Assembly: GCA_004553485.1 (NCBI GenBank)
Contig: SFLG01000005.1
Coordinates: 6,412 to 70,411 of the forward strand
DNA length: 64,000 nt
From: Bacteroidales bacterium
GTDB lineage: Bacteria; Bacteroidota; Bacteroidia; Bacteroidales; Muribaculaceae
Reading direction: 5' to 3'
Below the pieces are notes generated by a model. It saw nothing but the letters and a program-made list of their open reading frames with translations, ran no database searches and was not told the origin of the DNA. A program made the position numbers and the translations under genes. Below are positions 36,867 through 46,644 of the stretch, piece after piece. The stretch's first letter is position 1. The number at the start of each line of letters is the position of its first letter.

Positions 36867-38393
36867 ATGTTTACAGAAAAAGACAAAGCCCTGCTCGCCA
36901 AACGCGGCATCAGCGAGGAAACCGTGCTTGCCCAGCTCGACCGTTTCCGCACCGGCTTCCCCTACCTGCGCCTGGCAGGTTCGGCTACAGTGAACTACGG
37001 GATACTCCGTCCCGACCAGAACCTCGAACACGACGCCGTAGAGCGTTGGGACAAATTCCTCAGCGACGGCGCCGTCGTCTGCAAGTTCGTCCCCGCCTCA
37101 GGAGCCGCCTCACGCATGTTCAAATCGCTCTTCGCCTTTGTCGACGGCGCCGAGGACAAACCCGCTCCCGGCTCTGACGTCGAGAACCTCATCAACCACA
37201 TCGAAGACCTTGCCTTTGCCGACGAGCTGGACGAGGTGCTGAAAAAGCTGCACGGCATGACAGCCAAACAGCTCGTCGGGGCCGGACGCTACAAAGACGT
37301 CATCGCCGGCATCATCCGCCCCGAAGGCCTCAACTACGGCCAGCTCCCCAAGGGCCTGCTCACCTTCCACCGCTATGCCGACGGCACAACCCGCACCCCG
37401 CTCGAGGAGCAGCTTGCCGAGGGCGCACAGACCACCGTCAGCAACGGCGTGGTAAACGTCCACTTCACCGTCAGCGACAACCACCGCAAGCTCTTCGCCG
37501 CCAAGCTGAGCCAGGTTCTGCCCCGGTTCGAGAAGAACACCGGTCTGAAATTCCACGTCACCACTTCGGTGCAGAAACCCTCCACCGACACCATCGCCGC
37601 CAACCCCGACGGCACACCCTTCCGCGATGCCGACGGCGGCCTCGTCTTCCGTCCCGGCGGCCACGGCGCCCTCATCAGCAACCTCAGCGACATCGACGCC
37701 ATGGTGGTATACATCAAGAACATCGATAACGTTGTTCCGGACAGCCGCCGCATGCCCACCGTCAAATACAAAAAAATTATCGGCGGCATACTCGTGCTCG
37801 TGCACGACCAGATTGCCCGCTACGCCGAAATCCTCAAATCGGGCAAGGTAACCGAGGAGCAGCTTACCGAGATGCGCGACTTCGTTGCCCACACCCTCAA
37901 CATCCGCGCCGAGGGCCTTGCCTCGCTCAGCCCCGACGAGCAGGCCAATTGGATGATGGCCAAGTTCAACCGTCCCGTCCGCGTCTGCGGCATGGTGCTC
38001 AACGAGGGCGAGCCCGGCGGCGGCCCGTACATCGCCTTCAACCCCGACGGCACGGCCTCGCCCCAGATCCTCGAGTCGACGCAGATCGACACCTCGAAGC
38101 ACGAAAACGTCGAGATGATGAAGCGCGCCACACACTTCAACCCCGTTGACCTTGTCTGCTACATCAACGACCTGGACGGCAAGCCCTTCGACCTGACAAA
38201 GTTCACTGACCCCGACACCGGCTTCATCTCCGACAAGAGTCAGGCCGGTCGCCCCTTGCGCGCCCTCGAGCTGCCGGGACTGTGGAACGGCGCTATGAGC
38301 GACTGGAACACCGTCTTTGTCGAGGTGCCCATCGACACCTTCAACCCCGTCAAAACCGTCAACGACCTGCTGCGTCCCGCCCACCAGGGATAA
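36867..38393 (+). CDS. DUF4301 family protein (nucleotidyltransferase-like fold)
   Basis: KFVPASGAASRMFK, FRPGGHGAL, IKNIDNV, GEPGGGP, ELPGLWNG, TFNPVKTVNDLL. Confidence 0.93.
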   Translation: MFTEKDKALLAKRGISEETVLAQLDRFRTGFPYLRLAGSATVNYGILRPDQNLEHDAVERWDKFLSDGAVVCKFVPASGAASRMFKSLFAFVDGAEDKPAPGSDVENLINHIEDLAFADELDEVLKKLHGMTAKQLVGAGRYKDVIAGIIRPEGLNYGQLPKGLLTFHRYADGTTRTPLEEQLAEGAQTTVSNGVVNVHFTVSDNHRKLFAAKLSQVLPRFEKNTGLKFHVTTSVQKPSTDTIAANPDGTPFRDADGGLVFRPGGHGALISNLSDIDAMVVYIKNIDNVVPDSRRMPTVKYKKIIGGILVLVHDQIARYAEILKSGKVTEEQLTEMRDFVAHTLNIRAEGLASLSPDEQANWMMAKFNRPVRVCGMVLNEGEPGGGPYIAFNPDGTASPQILESTQIDTSKHENVEMMKRATHFNPVDLVCYINDLDGKPFDLTKFTDPDTGFISDKSQAGRPLRALELPGLWNGAMSDWNTVFVEVPIDTFNPVKTVNDLLRPAHQG

Positions 38394-38437
38394 GCGGACA
38401 CCGATAAAACCAGGGTAATTTTAACCCCCTCTGACCT

Positions 38438-38483
38438 GCCAAAGGTCCCGTCGTCGAAAGATGCCGGGGCTTTTGGCGTTTTA
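38438..38483 (+). terminator. Intrinsic terminator
   Basis: gccaaaggtcccg...cggggcttttggc followed by a T tract. Confidence 0.75.
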
Positions 38484-38556
38484 TTACCGACTTATTTTAC
38501 TACCTTTGCAGACAGTTAGCAATTTTACTGATTCGATCAACTTATACCGATTCGAT

Positions 38557-39174
38557 ATGTCAAACAGACAGATATGGCCCGAGGACGTCCAGGCGGTGGA
38601 GAACCTGCACTTCGAGCACGTCGAGAGCAAATACATAAAGGTCGTAATCGGCCGTCTTATACTGGTTTATCTCATTCTTATGGTTGCCGCTTCGCTGATT
38701 TTGACAGCGGACCTCGAGCACGGGACGGCCATCCTTGTCGGCGCAGAGGCGGTTTTGCTGACAGCCCTTGCCATCAACGTCGCGCTGTCGGCCAAGATAC
38801 TGAATTTCAAAGGATACGCTCTGCGCGACCACGATATCACCTACCGCTCGGGCCTATTCTTCACCAAAGTCACAACCATCCCCTTCGAGAAAATTCAGCA
38901 GGTGACGGTGCGCATGAATCCCCTCAGCCGCCTTTTCGGGCTGTACTACGTCGACGTGATAAACGGCACCCAGGACTCGAGCAACCAGATTACCATCCCC
39001 GGCCTGACACACCAACGCGCCCGCCAGATCGAAACCCTCCTGATCCGGAACATCGAGCCCCCCACCCCCTATTTCCCCGATACCCCCGCTTCCTCTGATT
39101 CCTCTGATATCTCTGATATCTCTGATATCTCTGATTCCTCTGATAACCCCCACACCTCCCACACCGATGAGTGA
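38557..39174 (+). CDS. YdbS-like bacterial PH-domain membrane protein
   Basis: Two TM helices then GYALRDHDITYRSGLF..TTIPFEKIQQV..PLSRLFGL; SDI repeat tail; TACCTTTG promoter at 38501. Confidence 0.88.
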   Translation: MSNRQIWPEDVQAVENLHFEHVESKYIKVVIGRLILVYLILMVAASLILTADLEHGTAILVGAEAVLLTALAINVALSAKILNFKGYALRDHDITYRSGLFFTKVTTIPFEKIQQVTVRMNPLSRLFGLYYVDVINGTQDSSNQITIPGLTHQRARQIETLLIRNIEPPTPYFPDTPASSDSSDISDISDISDSSDNPHTSHTDE

Positions 39175-40657
39175 CTTCACAACCCCCCGGCGTATGGGGG
39201 CGGCGGCACTCCTGATAATGTTTCTGAAGAATTTCCGAAAAATTGCAGGAGCGTTCTTCGCAATGATAATCATCATTGTCTTCAAAGAGGCCGACACCCC
39301 GTTCGGGATAGCGGCAAGGGTCGGCATCGGCCTGGGCTTGCTGACGGGCCTGTCGTTCCTGTCGGCGCTGCTGAGCTACTATCCTCTGAAATTCTACGTC
39401 CACGACGACAAAATCATCTTCATCCGAAACCTCTTTGCCAAGCGCACGACAAGCATCCCCACCGCCAACATCCACTCACTGAGGACGCGGCGCGGACTGA
39501 TATACCGCCTGCTCGGCGTCCGTGGCATCGCGTTCGACACCATCGCCACCAATGTCGAGGAGTTTGAGCTCATTCTCAGCGAAGAGGACTGGCAGTCGTT
39601 CATGCACGACATCCGCAGCAGCGAGACACTGGCCTCCACCCGTCACGGCTCCGTTCCGCCCTCTCTGCCCACCGCCGACAAAGTTCTGAAAGTCAGCAAC
39701 TACGAAACGATAAAAGGCGCGCTCTGCCAGAACCACCTGCACGGCTTCGCCGTCCTGGCCGCCATCCTAATCCAGGTGCTCGACGACATCAACCAGATTG
39801 ACGACGAGGCGCCAGAACGCGCCGTAGACTTTGTTGAAACCAATTTCGAGACCCTTGTACCCACAACGGCCACGATGCTGTACCTCTTTGCCATACTCTA
39901 TGTTTTTGTGGTACTGCTGTGGGTCGGCAAGGTGCTGTTGAAATCGGGCAATATGGAGATTACCGAGACGCGCGACCGGCTTGTGCTTAAGTCCGGCCTG
40001 GTATCGCGTTTCACCAGCCGCATCGCCCGCGATAAGATGACGATACTCACCATCAAGCACAATCCGCTTGAAAAGGCCTTCAAATGTCAGACCATCCGCA
40101 TCCTGCAGGCACTCAACATCGTGGGGATGAAAGATGAGAACAAGATCACCATCTACGGCTCACAACATGGCACAGAGATACTTGACTGGTGGCTTGACAC
40201 TAAAGGCTCAGCATCGGAGGACCGCCAGGCGACTGCGACGGCCCGCTCGGGTTTCGGCGTCTTTTACCGTAGGTTTGTCCCGCACCTCGTCCTTGCGCTG
40301 GTGATCGCTGGCGTGATGTACCATTTCGACCAGACCATTTTTGCCACAATAGTCTGCCCCGCCTACGTCGTCTTTGCGGCCGTCAGGGCTGTTATGGCGT
40401 GGAAACACAGCAGCATCGAGCTCGAACGGCAATTTGTGAAAGTCAACAGCGGCAACATCGCCGTCGTGCAAAGCTATATCAAGTACGGCTCAATCGAGAC
40501 GGTGGCCGTCAGGCAGACGCCGATGACGCGCTTCACGGGACGCGTAAGGCTGTCGATAAGCACAAACGCCGGCTCTTTCAAGGTGTATTCGCTTGACGAG
40601 GCAGAGGCGCGCGCCATCCGCAGCGCCATTCTCGACAACGCCCACCGAGCATCCTGA
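39167..40657 (+). CDS. YdbT-like bacterial PH-domain membrane protein
   Basis: Three bPH_2-like repeats separated by TM pairs; overlaps the stop of the ydbS-like gene. Confidence 0.85.
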   Translation: MSDFTTPRRMGAAALLIMFLKNFRKIAGAFFAMIIIIVFKEADTPFGIAARVGIGLGLLTGLSFLSALLSYYPLKFYVHDDKIIFIRNLFAKRTTSIPTANIHSLRTRRGLIYRLLGVRGIAFDTIATNVEEFELILSEEDWQSFMHDIRSSETLASTRHGSVPPSLPTADKVLKVSNYETIKGALCQNHLHGFAVLAAILIQVLDDINQIDDEAPERAVDFVETNFETLVPTTATMLYLFAILYVFVVLLWVGKVLLKSGNMEITETRDRLVLKSGLVSRFTSRIARDKMTILTIKHNPLEKAFKCQTIRILQALNIVGMKDENKITIYGSQHGTEILDWWLDTKGSASEDRQATATARSGFGVFYRRFVPHLVLALVIAGVMYHFDQTIFATIVCPAYVVFAAVRAVMAWKHSSIELERQFVKVNSGNIAVVQSYIKYGSIETVAVRQTPMTRFTGRVRLSISTNAGSFKVYSLDEAEARAIRSAILDNAHRAS

Positions 40658-40763
40658 GCACAGCCCGCCAATTTAATTTCCTTTTTTTACACATAATTGG
40701 TGGAAATGACTCATAGCAAAGGTGGATTTTGGCTATTTTCGGTTTTGTTCCTACCTTTGCGCT

Positions 40764-41957
40764 ATGTTTCGACTGTTTACAACAATTGCGGTGATTATTC
40801 TCGTCGGCCTTCGGGTTCAGGCACAGGACATACCTGCGCCTGCATCCGATTCTACCGCCGTGCCCGCCGCCGTGGCCGACACCGTTGCCCGTACGCAATG
40901 GTACGAGAACGGCCTCATCGGCAAGGTCTACCGCTATTTCAAGAATAGCAACAAACAGCGCAAGAAAAATTTTGACATCTCGTTTATCGGCGGCCCGCAC
41001 TACTCGAGCGAGGAGGGCTTCGGCATCGGTCTGGCGGCATCCGGCATCTACAGCGCCGGCGGCCTGCAGGACACAATCACGCCGCTGAGCAACATCACCC
41101 TCAAAGCCGACGCCACAACGGGACAGATGTTCAAGATCGGCATCGAGGGCTACCACATCTTTGTAGGCGACCGCTACCGCCTCAACTACGACGTGTCGTT
41201 CTACTCGTTCAAGGACAAGATGTGGGGAATAGGCTATCTCGAGAACAAGGCCGACTCGTCGCAGAACTGGTACCGGCGCCTGCAGAGCGAGGCCAAGGTG
41301 GACATCGTCTTTCAGGTCTCGCCCAACCTCTTCGTCGGCCCCAAGGCCGAGTTTGCCTACATCAACGCACACAGTTTTGAAAAGCCGTGGCAGCTGGAGG
41401 GACAGTCGAACCGCACCTTCAACACCGGCGTGGGCATAACCTTTCTGTACGACACCCGCGACATCCCCACCGCCGCCACGAAAGGCTGGAACATCCGCCT
41501 CGACTTAATCGCCAATCCAAGATTTTTAGCCAACAAATACGATTTCACCAAAGTCGAGCTCAACGCCTCGGCCTACCAGCAGGTATGGAAAGGCGGCGTG
41601 CTGGCCGAAAACCTGCACTCGCGTCACACGTGGGGCAACACGCCGTGGGGACTGATGTCGACCTTCGGCGGCAGCCACACCATGCGCGGATACTGGGAAG
41701 GCCGCTACCGCGACAAGATGGCTACGTCAGTCACCGTCGAGCTGCGCCAGCATGTCTGGCGCCGCAACGGCATCGCCGTATGGGTGGGTGCCGGAACGGT
41801 ATACCCACGCTTCTCGGCTCTGCGCCTCAGCCACATCCTGCCCAATGCGGGCATAGGCTACCGGTGGGAATTCAAGAAAGGCGTCAACGTGCGCCTCGAC
41901 GTCGGCTTCGGCCGCGGCGAGAAATCGTTCAACTTTAGCCTCAACGAAGCGTTCTAA
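40764..41957 (+). CDS. BamA/TamA (Omp85) family outer-membrane barrel without POTRA domains
   Basis: Signal peptide, GGSHTMRGYWEGRYRD, terminal FSLNEAF. Confidence 0.88.
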   Translation: MFRLFTTIAVIILVGLRVQAQDIPAPASDSTAVPAAVADTVARTQWYENGLIGKVYRYFKNSNKQRKKNFDISFIGGPHYSSEEGFGIGLAASGIYSAGGLQDTITPLSNITLKADATTGQMFKIGIEGYHIFVGDRYRLNYDVSFYSFKDKMWGIGYLENKADSSQNWYRRLQSEAKVDIVFQVSPNLFVGPKAEFAYINAHSFEKPWQLEGQSNRTFNTGVGITFLYDTRDIPTAATKGWNIRLDLIANPRFLANKYDFTKVELNASAYQQVWKGGVLAENLHSRHTWGNTPWGLMSTFGGSHTMRGYWEGRYRDKMATSVTVELRQHVWRRNGIAVWVGAGTVYPRFSALRLSHILPNAGIGYRWEFKKGVNVRLDVGFGRGEKSFNFSLNEAF

Positions 41958-42007
41958 ATAAGAGTCAGCGAGGCGTTCTAAACAGAAGTCGCTACAACTT
42001 CAAAAAA

Positions 42008-43735
42008 ATGGAAAGACAAAGGTACAAAGATAGAATAAAGAAACTGTTCAGAAAAACCGGAGCGCTGCTCCTTCGCCCGCAGCTGTGGATATGGCTTTAT
42101 CCGTTGCTGCTGATAATCCCCAACATCGGCCTGGCAATCACCGAGACCTATCCGGTGACAATTAAAATCGCCAACCTCCTTTTGCCGTTGGGCCTTTACC
42201 TTGTGATAACGGGACTTTTCCACCGCACCGGCACGGTCATCCTGTGCTTCCTGCCCATAGCCGTGCTTTGCGCCTTTCAGATTGTGCTGCTGTTTCTGTA
42301 CGGCGAGAGCATAATCGCCATCGACATGTTCCTCAACGTCGTCACCACCAACGCCGCGGAGGTAGCCGAGCTGCTGGGCAATCTTGTCAACGCCATAATA
42401 ACGGTGGTAATCATCTACCTGCCGCCCCTTGTTGCCGCCGTGATGATGCTCACGCGCCACAAAAGCGCCGACAAAGCGCAGCGTCGCCCCGCCCTCATTG
42501 CCGGTGCGGCTCTTGCCGCTGCCGGAGCGCTGCTGACGACGGTAGCCGCCCTTACTGACAGCCACGCCCGCCCCGCAAGACAGATTTTCCCCTTCAACGT
42601 CATCTGCAACATCGTGTCGGCGGCACAGCGCACGGCCCAGTCGGCCGGATACCACGAGACATCGGCGGATTTCAGCTACGAGGTCACGCCCACGCACGAC
42701 CCGGCCGAAAAAGAGATATATGTCTTTGTCGTCGGCGAGACATCGCGCGCTTCGGAGTGGAGCCTTTTCGGCTATGAGCGGCCCACTACCCCGCGCCTCG
42801 ACAAAAAAGACGGCCTGGTGGGCTTCAGCCGCACGCTGAGCGAGGTCAACACGACACACAAAAGCGTGCCGATGCTGCTGTCCAATCTCGACTCGCACTC
42901 TTTCGGCGACTCGGTGGCCGTTGTGCGCAGCATCTTCTCGGCCTTCAACGATGCCGGCTACGACACCCATTTCATCTCAAACCAGCGCCGCAATGGCTCG
43001 TACATCGACTTTTACGGCCAGGAGGCCCGCAACTGCATCTTCCTCACCGACAGCGGCGCCCCGCGTCCCGACCTCGACCTTACCGAGGAATTCAACAAAG
43101 CCGTCCGGGGCAGCTCGGCCAACAAAATCTTTGTCGTGCTGCACACCTACGGATCGCACTTCGAGTACAACAAGCGCTACCCGCGCGACATGGCAGTCTT
43201 TACGCCCGACAACAACTCGCAGGCCGAAAAGAAAAACCGTCCCGAGCTTGTCAACGCGTATGACAACACCATCCACTACACCGACTCGCTGCTGTCGAGC
43301 CTGATCACCGCCCTCGACAAGACCGAGGCGCGCGCGGCACTGATGTATGTCTCGGACCACGGCGAGGACATCTTTGACGACGAGCGCGGCCGCTTCCTGC
43401 ACGCCTCGCCCGTGCCCACCTACCAGCAGCTGCACGTGCCCATGGTGCTGTGGATGAGTAAGAGCCTGCGCGCCACCGAGCCCGCAAAATGGCAGGCGGC
43501 CCAGGCCAACCGCGACAAGGACGTGTCGTCGTCGCGCTCGGTCTTCGACACGCTCATGGACCTGGCCGGCCTGCGCAGCCGCTATGTCGACAGCCACGGC
43601 AGCCTTGTGTCGCCGTCGTACACGCCCCTGCCGCACACCTACCTCAACGACTACAACGAATCGGTTCCCCTTGGCGAGAGCGGCCTGCGCGAGCCTGACT
43701 TTGTCGAGCTGCACCGCCGCGGTTTCGCCCTCTGA
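42008..43735 (+). CDS. Phosphoethanolamine transferase (EptA/CptA sulfatase family)
   Basis: N-terminal TM helices, VVGETSR, TTPRL, LHTYGSH, NAYDNTIHYTD, YVSDHGE. Confidence 0.9.
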   Translation: MERQRYKDRIKKLFRKTGALLLRPQLWIWLYPLLLIIPNIGLAITETYPVTIKIANLLLPLGLYLVITGLFHRTGTVILCFLPIAVLCAFQIVLLFLYGESIIAIDMFLNVVTTNAAEVAELLGNLVNAIITVVIIYLPPLVAAVMMLTRHKSADKAQRRPALIAGAALAAAGALLTTVAALTDSHARPARQIFPFNVICNIVSAAQRTAQSAGYHETSADFSYEVTPTHDPAEKEIYVFVVGETSRASEWSLFGYERPTTPRLDKKDGLVGFSRTLSEVNTTHKSVPMLLSNLDSHSFGDSVAVVRSIFSAFNDAGYDTHFISNQRRNGSYIDFYGQEARNCIFLTDSGAPRPDLDLTEEFNKAVRGSSANKIFVVLHTYGSHFEYNKRYPRDMAVFTPDNNSQAEKKNRPELVNAYDNTIHYTDSLLSSLITALDKTEARAALMYVSDHGEDIFDDERGRFLHASPVPTYQQLHVPMVLWMSKSLRATEPAKWQAAQANRDKDVSSSRSVFDTLMDLAGLRSRYVDSHGSLVSPSYTPLPHTYLNDYNESVPLGESGLREPDFVELHRRGFAL

Positions 43736-44083
43736 CCATCCCGATTTTCGCCTACAACAAAACACATTACCCCGACGATGTACGGCCAATTCAGCGCCGC
43801 CACACCGCCGGGGTCGATTTTTCCGTATAAACAACCAAAATTGGGGCCTTTTTTTGACGATATTCGTTTAAACTTTGCTATATTTGTGGTGTGCCAAATG
43901 CCTTCGGCACCGCGCACCGGCCTAAAGGCCGACTTGCGCTTTTGGCATACTCGCGAATATTTTATATATTTGCAAAAGAAAACGCTAAGAGGCGGACATC
44001 CGGCTACTGACGCGCTCCCTGACATAACCCGAATTTAACCCTGTCACATAAGACACGAATAACACTTTTTAATACAACGATCT

Positions 44084-45772
44084 ATGAATCAAAAACTTTG
44101 CCTTACACTTGCCCTCGGTTCAGCTCTGCTGCTCTCGTCGTGCGGCAAAAAATTAGGTGCTTTCAGCGCTGACTATTTCAGCACCAACCCCAACCCCCTC
44201 GAGGTTGTAGGTGAAAAAGTCCCCGCAAACGTTACCGCCAAAATCCCCGCCAAGTTCTTTGTCAAGAATGCCGCAGTGACCATCACCCCCGTCCTCGTCT
44301 ACAACGGACAGGAGGCCACCTCGCAGGCTTACAAGTTCCAGGGCGAGAAAGTCCGCGGCAATGCTCCCGTCGTCAGCTACGAATACGGCGGTGCCTACAC
44401 CATTCCCGTCAACTACAACTATCAGCCCGATATGGCAAAGAGCGAGCTCTACCTCACCTTTGTCGTTGACCAGAACGGCAAGACCTACACCCTGCCCCGT
44501 GTCAAGGTTGCCAACGGCGTAATCGCCACCGCAGCCCTCGCCGACGCAAAGACGGTCAACCCCGCCCTCGGCGCCGATGCCTTCCAGCGCGTCATCAACC
44601 AGAAGTACGCCGCCGACATTCTCTTCCTTATCAACGTCGCCAACCTGCGTCCCGACCAGCTCAACTCCGAGCAGATGAAGGCCCTGCAGAAAGAGCTCGT
44701 CAACGCCAACGCCGACAGCTCGCGCGTCATCAAGGAGGTCAACATCAAGTCGTACGCCTCGCCTGACGGTACTCTCGAGTTCAACACCGCTCTGGCCGAA
44801 AAACGTGAGACCAACACCAAGGGCTACATGGTAGAGCAGCTCAAGAAGCAGAAAATCAAAGAATTCGGCGAAATCACCGCTGAGTTCACTCCCGAAGACT
44901 GGGAAGGCCTGCAGAAGCTCCTCGCCGAGTCGAACCTCCAGGACAAGCAGGTCATCATCGACGTCCTCTCGATGTACAAGGACCCCGAACAGCGTGAGAA
45001 AGAGCTGCAGAACTTCATCCACGTTTACGAGCAGCTCCCCGACGTCATCCTGCCCAAACTGCGCTACTCGCGCGTAACAGCCGCCATCGACGTTATCGGC
45101 AAGAGCGACGAGGAAATCACCAAGCTGGCCAACACCAACCCCGCCGGCCTGAACGTTGAGGAAATCCTCTACGCCGCCACCCTCACCGACGACAACAACA
45201 AGCGCATGGCCATCTACGAAGAGGCTGTCAAGCTCTATCCCAACGACTACCGCACCTGGAACGACCTCGGTCTCACCCAGTATGTAGCCGGCAAGTACAG
45301 CGACGCCAAGCAGAGCTTCGCCAAGGCACAGAGCATCGCTCCCAACGCCGGCGAGCCCCAGATGAACCTCGGTCTTATCGAGCTTCTCAACGGCAACTAC
45401 GCCAACGCCAACAAGTACTTCGGCGCAGCCGGTGGCCAGCAGGGCCTCGGCGACGCTCTCGGCACCTACTACCTCAAGATGGGTGACAACGCCGCAGCAG
45501 CTCGCGCCTTCGGCAGCTCGAAGAGCAACAACGCCGCTCTCGCCCAGATCCTTAACAAGAACTACTCGGCTGCCAAGTCGACCCTCGCCGGCATCAACAA
45601 GCCCGACGCCACCACCTACTACCTGATGGCCGTCCTCGGTGCCCGCACCAACAACGAGAACATGCTCCTGACCAACCTGCGTCAGGCCATCAAGCTCGAC
45701 AACAAGCTGGCTGCCACCGCCGCCAACGACCTCGAGTTTGCCGGCTTCAACCTCTCCAGCATCCTCCGCTAA
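44084..45772 (+). CDS. Conserved TPR/OmpA-like lipoprotein
   Basis: Lipobox LSSC, PNPLE, YASPDG, EDWEG, C-terminal TPRs; strongly biased codon usage. Confidence 0.88.
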   Translation: MNQKLCLTLALGSALLLSSCGKKLGAFSADYFSTNPNPLEVVGEKVPANVTAKIPAKFFVKNAAVTITPVLVYNGQEATSQAYKFQGEKVRGNAPVVSYEYGGAYTIPVNYNYQPDMAKSELYLTFVVDQNGKTYTLPRVKVANGVIATAALADAKTVNPALGADAFQRVINQKYAADILFLINVANLRPDQLNSEQMKALQKELVNANADSSRVIKEVNIKSYASPDGTLEFNTALAEKRETNTKGYMVEQLKKQKIKEFGEITAEFTPEDWEGLQKLLAESNLQDKQVIIDVLSMYKDPEQREKELQNFIHVYEQLPDVILPKLRYSRVTAAIDVIGKSDEEITKLANTNPAGLNVEEILYAATLTDDNNKRMAIYEEAVKLYPNDYRTWNDLGLTQYVAGKYSDAKQSFAKAQSIAPNAGEPQMNLGLIELLNGNYANANKYFGAAGGQQGLGDALGTYYLKMGDNAAAARAFGSSKSNNAALAQILNKNYSAAKSTLAGINKPDATTYYLMAVLGARTNNENMLLTNLRQAIKLDNKLAATAANDLEFAGFNLSSILR

Positions 45773-45788
45773 TCAGCGATAACTCCCA

Positions 45789-45829
45789 AACAAGCCACCC
45801 CCGGGCCATGCGTCCGAGGGTGGCTTGTT
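45789..45829. terminator. Intrinsic terminator between convergent genes
   Basis: aacaagccaccc...gggtggcttgtt. Confidence 0.8.
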
Positions 45830-45848
45830 ATATATGCCATCCTGTGCT

Positions 45849-45888
45849 ATCTCTGATTTCTCTGATAATTCTGATATCTCTGATTTCT
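45849..45888. repeat. 9-bp tandem repeat (xxxTCTGAT) x4
   Basis: atctctgat ttctctgat aattctgat atctctgat. Confidence 0.85.
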
Positions 45889-46604
45889 CAAAAGTTACCA
45901 TCGGCCATCGCAAGAGACAAAAAGCTGATGCGGGTTATATCCGGCTGGGCTGACTTCAGGGCAAAGGCGGCCGAGTGCATGGTTGAGCCGGTGGTGATTA
46001 CATCGTCGACAAGCAGGATGTGCTTGCCCGCCAGTGACGCCGCGTCTTTTACCCTGAACCGCGAGGCTGACATATTGGCTCGGCGGTTGGCGCTGCCAAG
46101 ACCTACCTGCGAACGCCGGAAAAAGCCCTCGGCAAGGATATTGGCCACAGGAATATCTGTCGCCTCGCCCACCCCGCGGGCTATCTTCTCGGCCTGGTTG
46201 TAGCCGCGGATGAAGCGGCGCAGAGCCGGGATAGGTATGGGGACGATGAGGTCGATGCCATCGAAAAAGCCGTCGGGCAGTAGCTCGCGGGCAAACTGCG
46301 CGCCGGCGCTGACACCCAACTTAGGACAGTCGAGATACTTGATGTTGTGGATGATGTGGTGGTAAGGCCTGTCGCTGCGATAACGAAACCACGACGCCAA
46401 ACGGGCGTCGGGCACAATTCGCGCCAGCGGGTCGGCAAACTGCGAAATCAACCGCCGGTGGGCAAAGGTGCGCGGCATGGCCCACAAGCACTTCACGCAC
46501 AAAAAATCCTCGCCCGTCGCCAGCGGCGTCCCGCACACCACGCAGCGTGCCGGCGCCACCACCCCGGCCAAATCCCTTATCAGTTCAAATTTCGCACTCC
46601 CCAT
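45888..46604 (-). CDS. comF: ComF family amidophosphoribosyltransferase-like protein
   Basis: CVVC..CVKC zinc ribbon, RGYNQAE, LLVDDVITTGST. Confidence 0.9.
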   Translation of the reverse strand: MGSAKFELIRDLAGVVAPARCVVCGTPLATGEDFLCVKCLWAMPRTFAHRRLISQFADPLARIVPDARLASWFRYRSDRPYHHIIHNIKYLDCPKLGVSAGAQFARELLPDGFFDGIDLIVPIPIPALRRFIRGYNQAEKIARGVGEATDIPVANILAEGFFRRSQVGLGSANRRANMSASRFRVKDAASLAGKHILLVDDVITTGSTMHSAAFALKSAQPDITRISFLSLAMADGNF

Positions 46605-46644
46605 CTCACACTAATCCAAAATTAACCATCACCAGCCCTAATAC

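Noticed and set aside
43889..43950. Invertible promoter flanked by inverted repeats
   Set aside because: The 10-bp repeats are imperfect, do not enclose a -7 box, and no recombinase is nearby; an RNA stem is the simpler reading.
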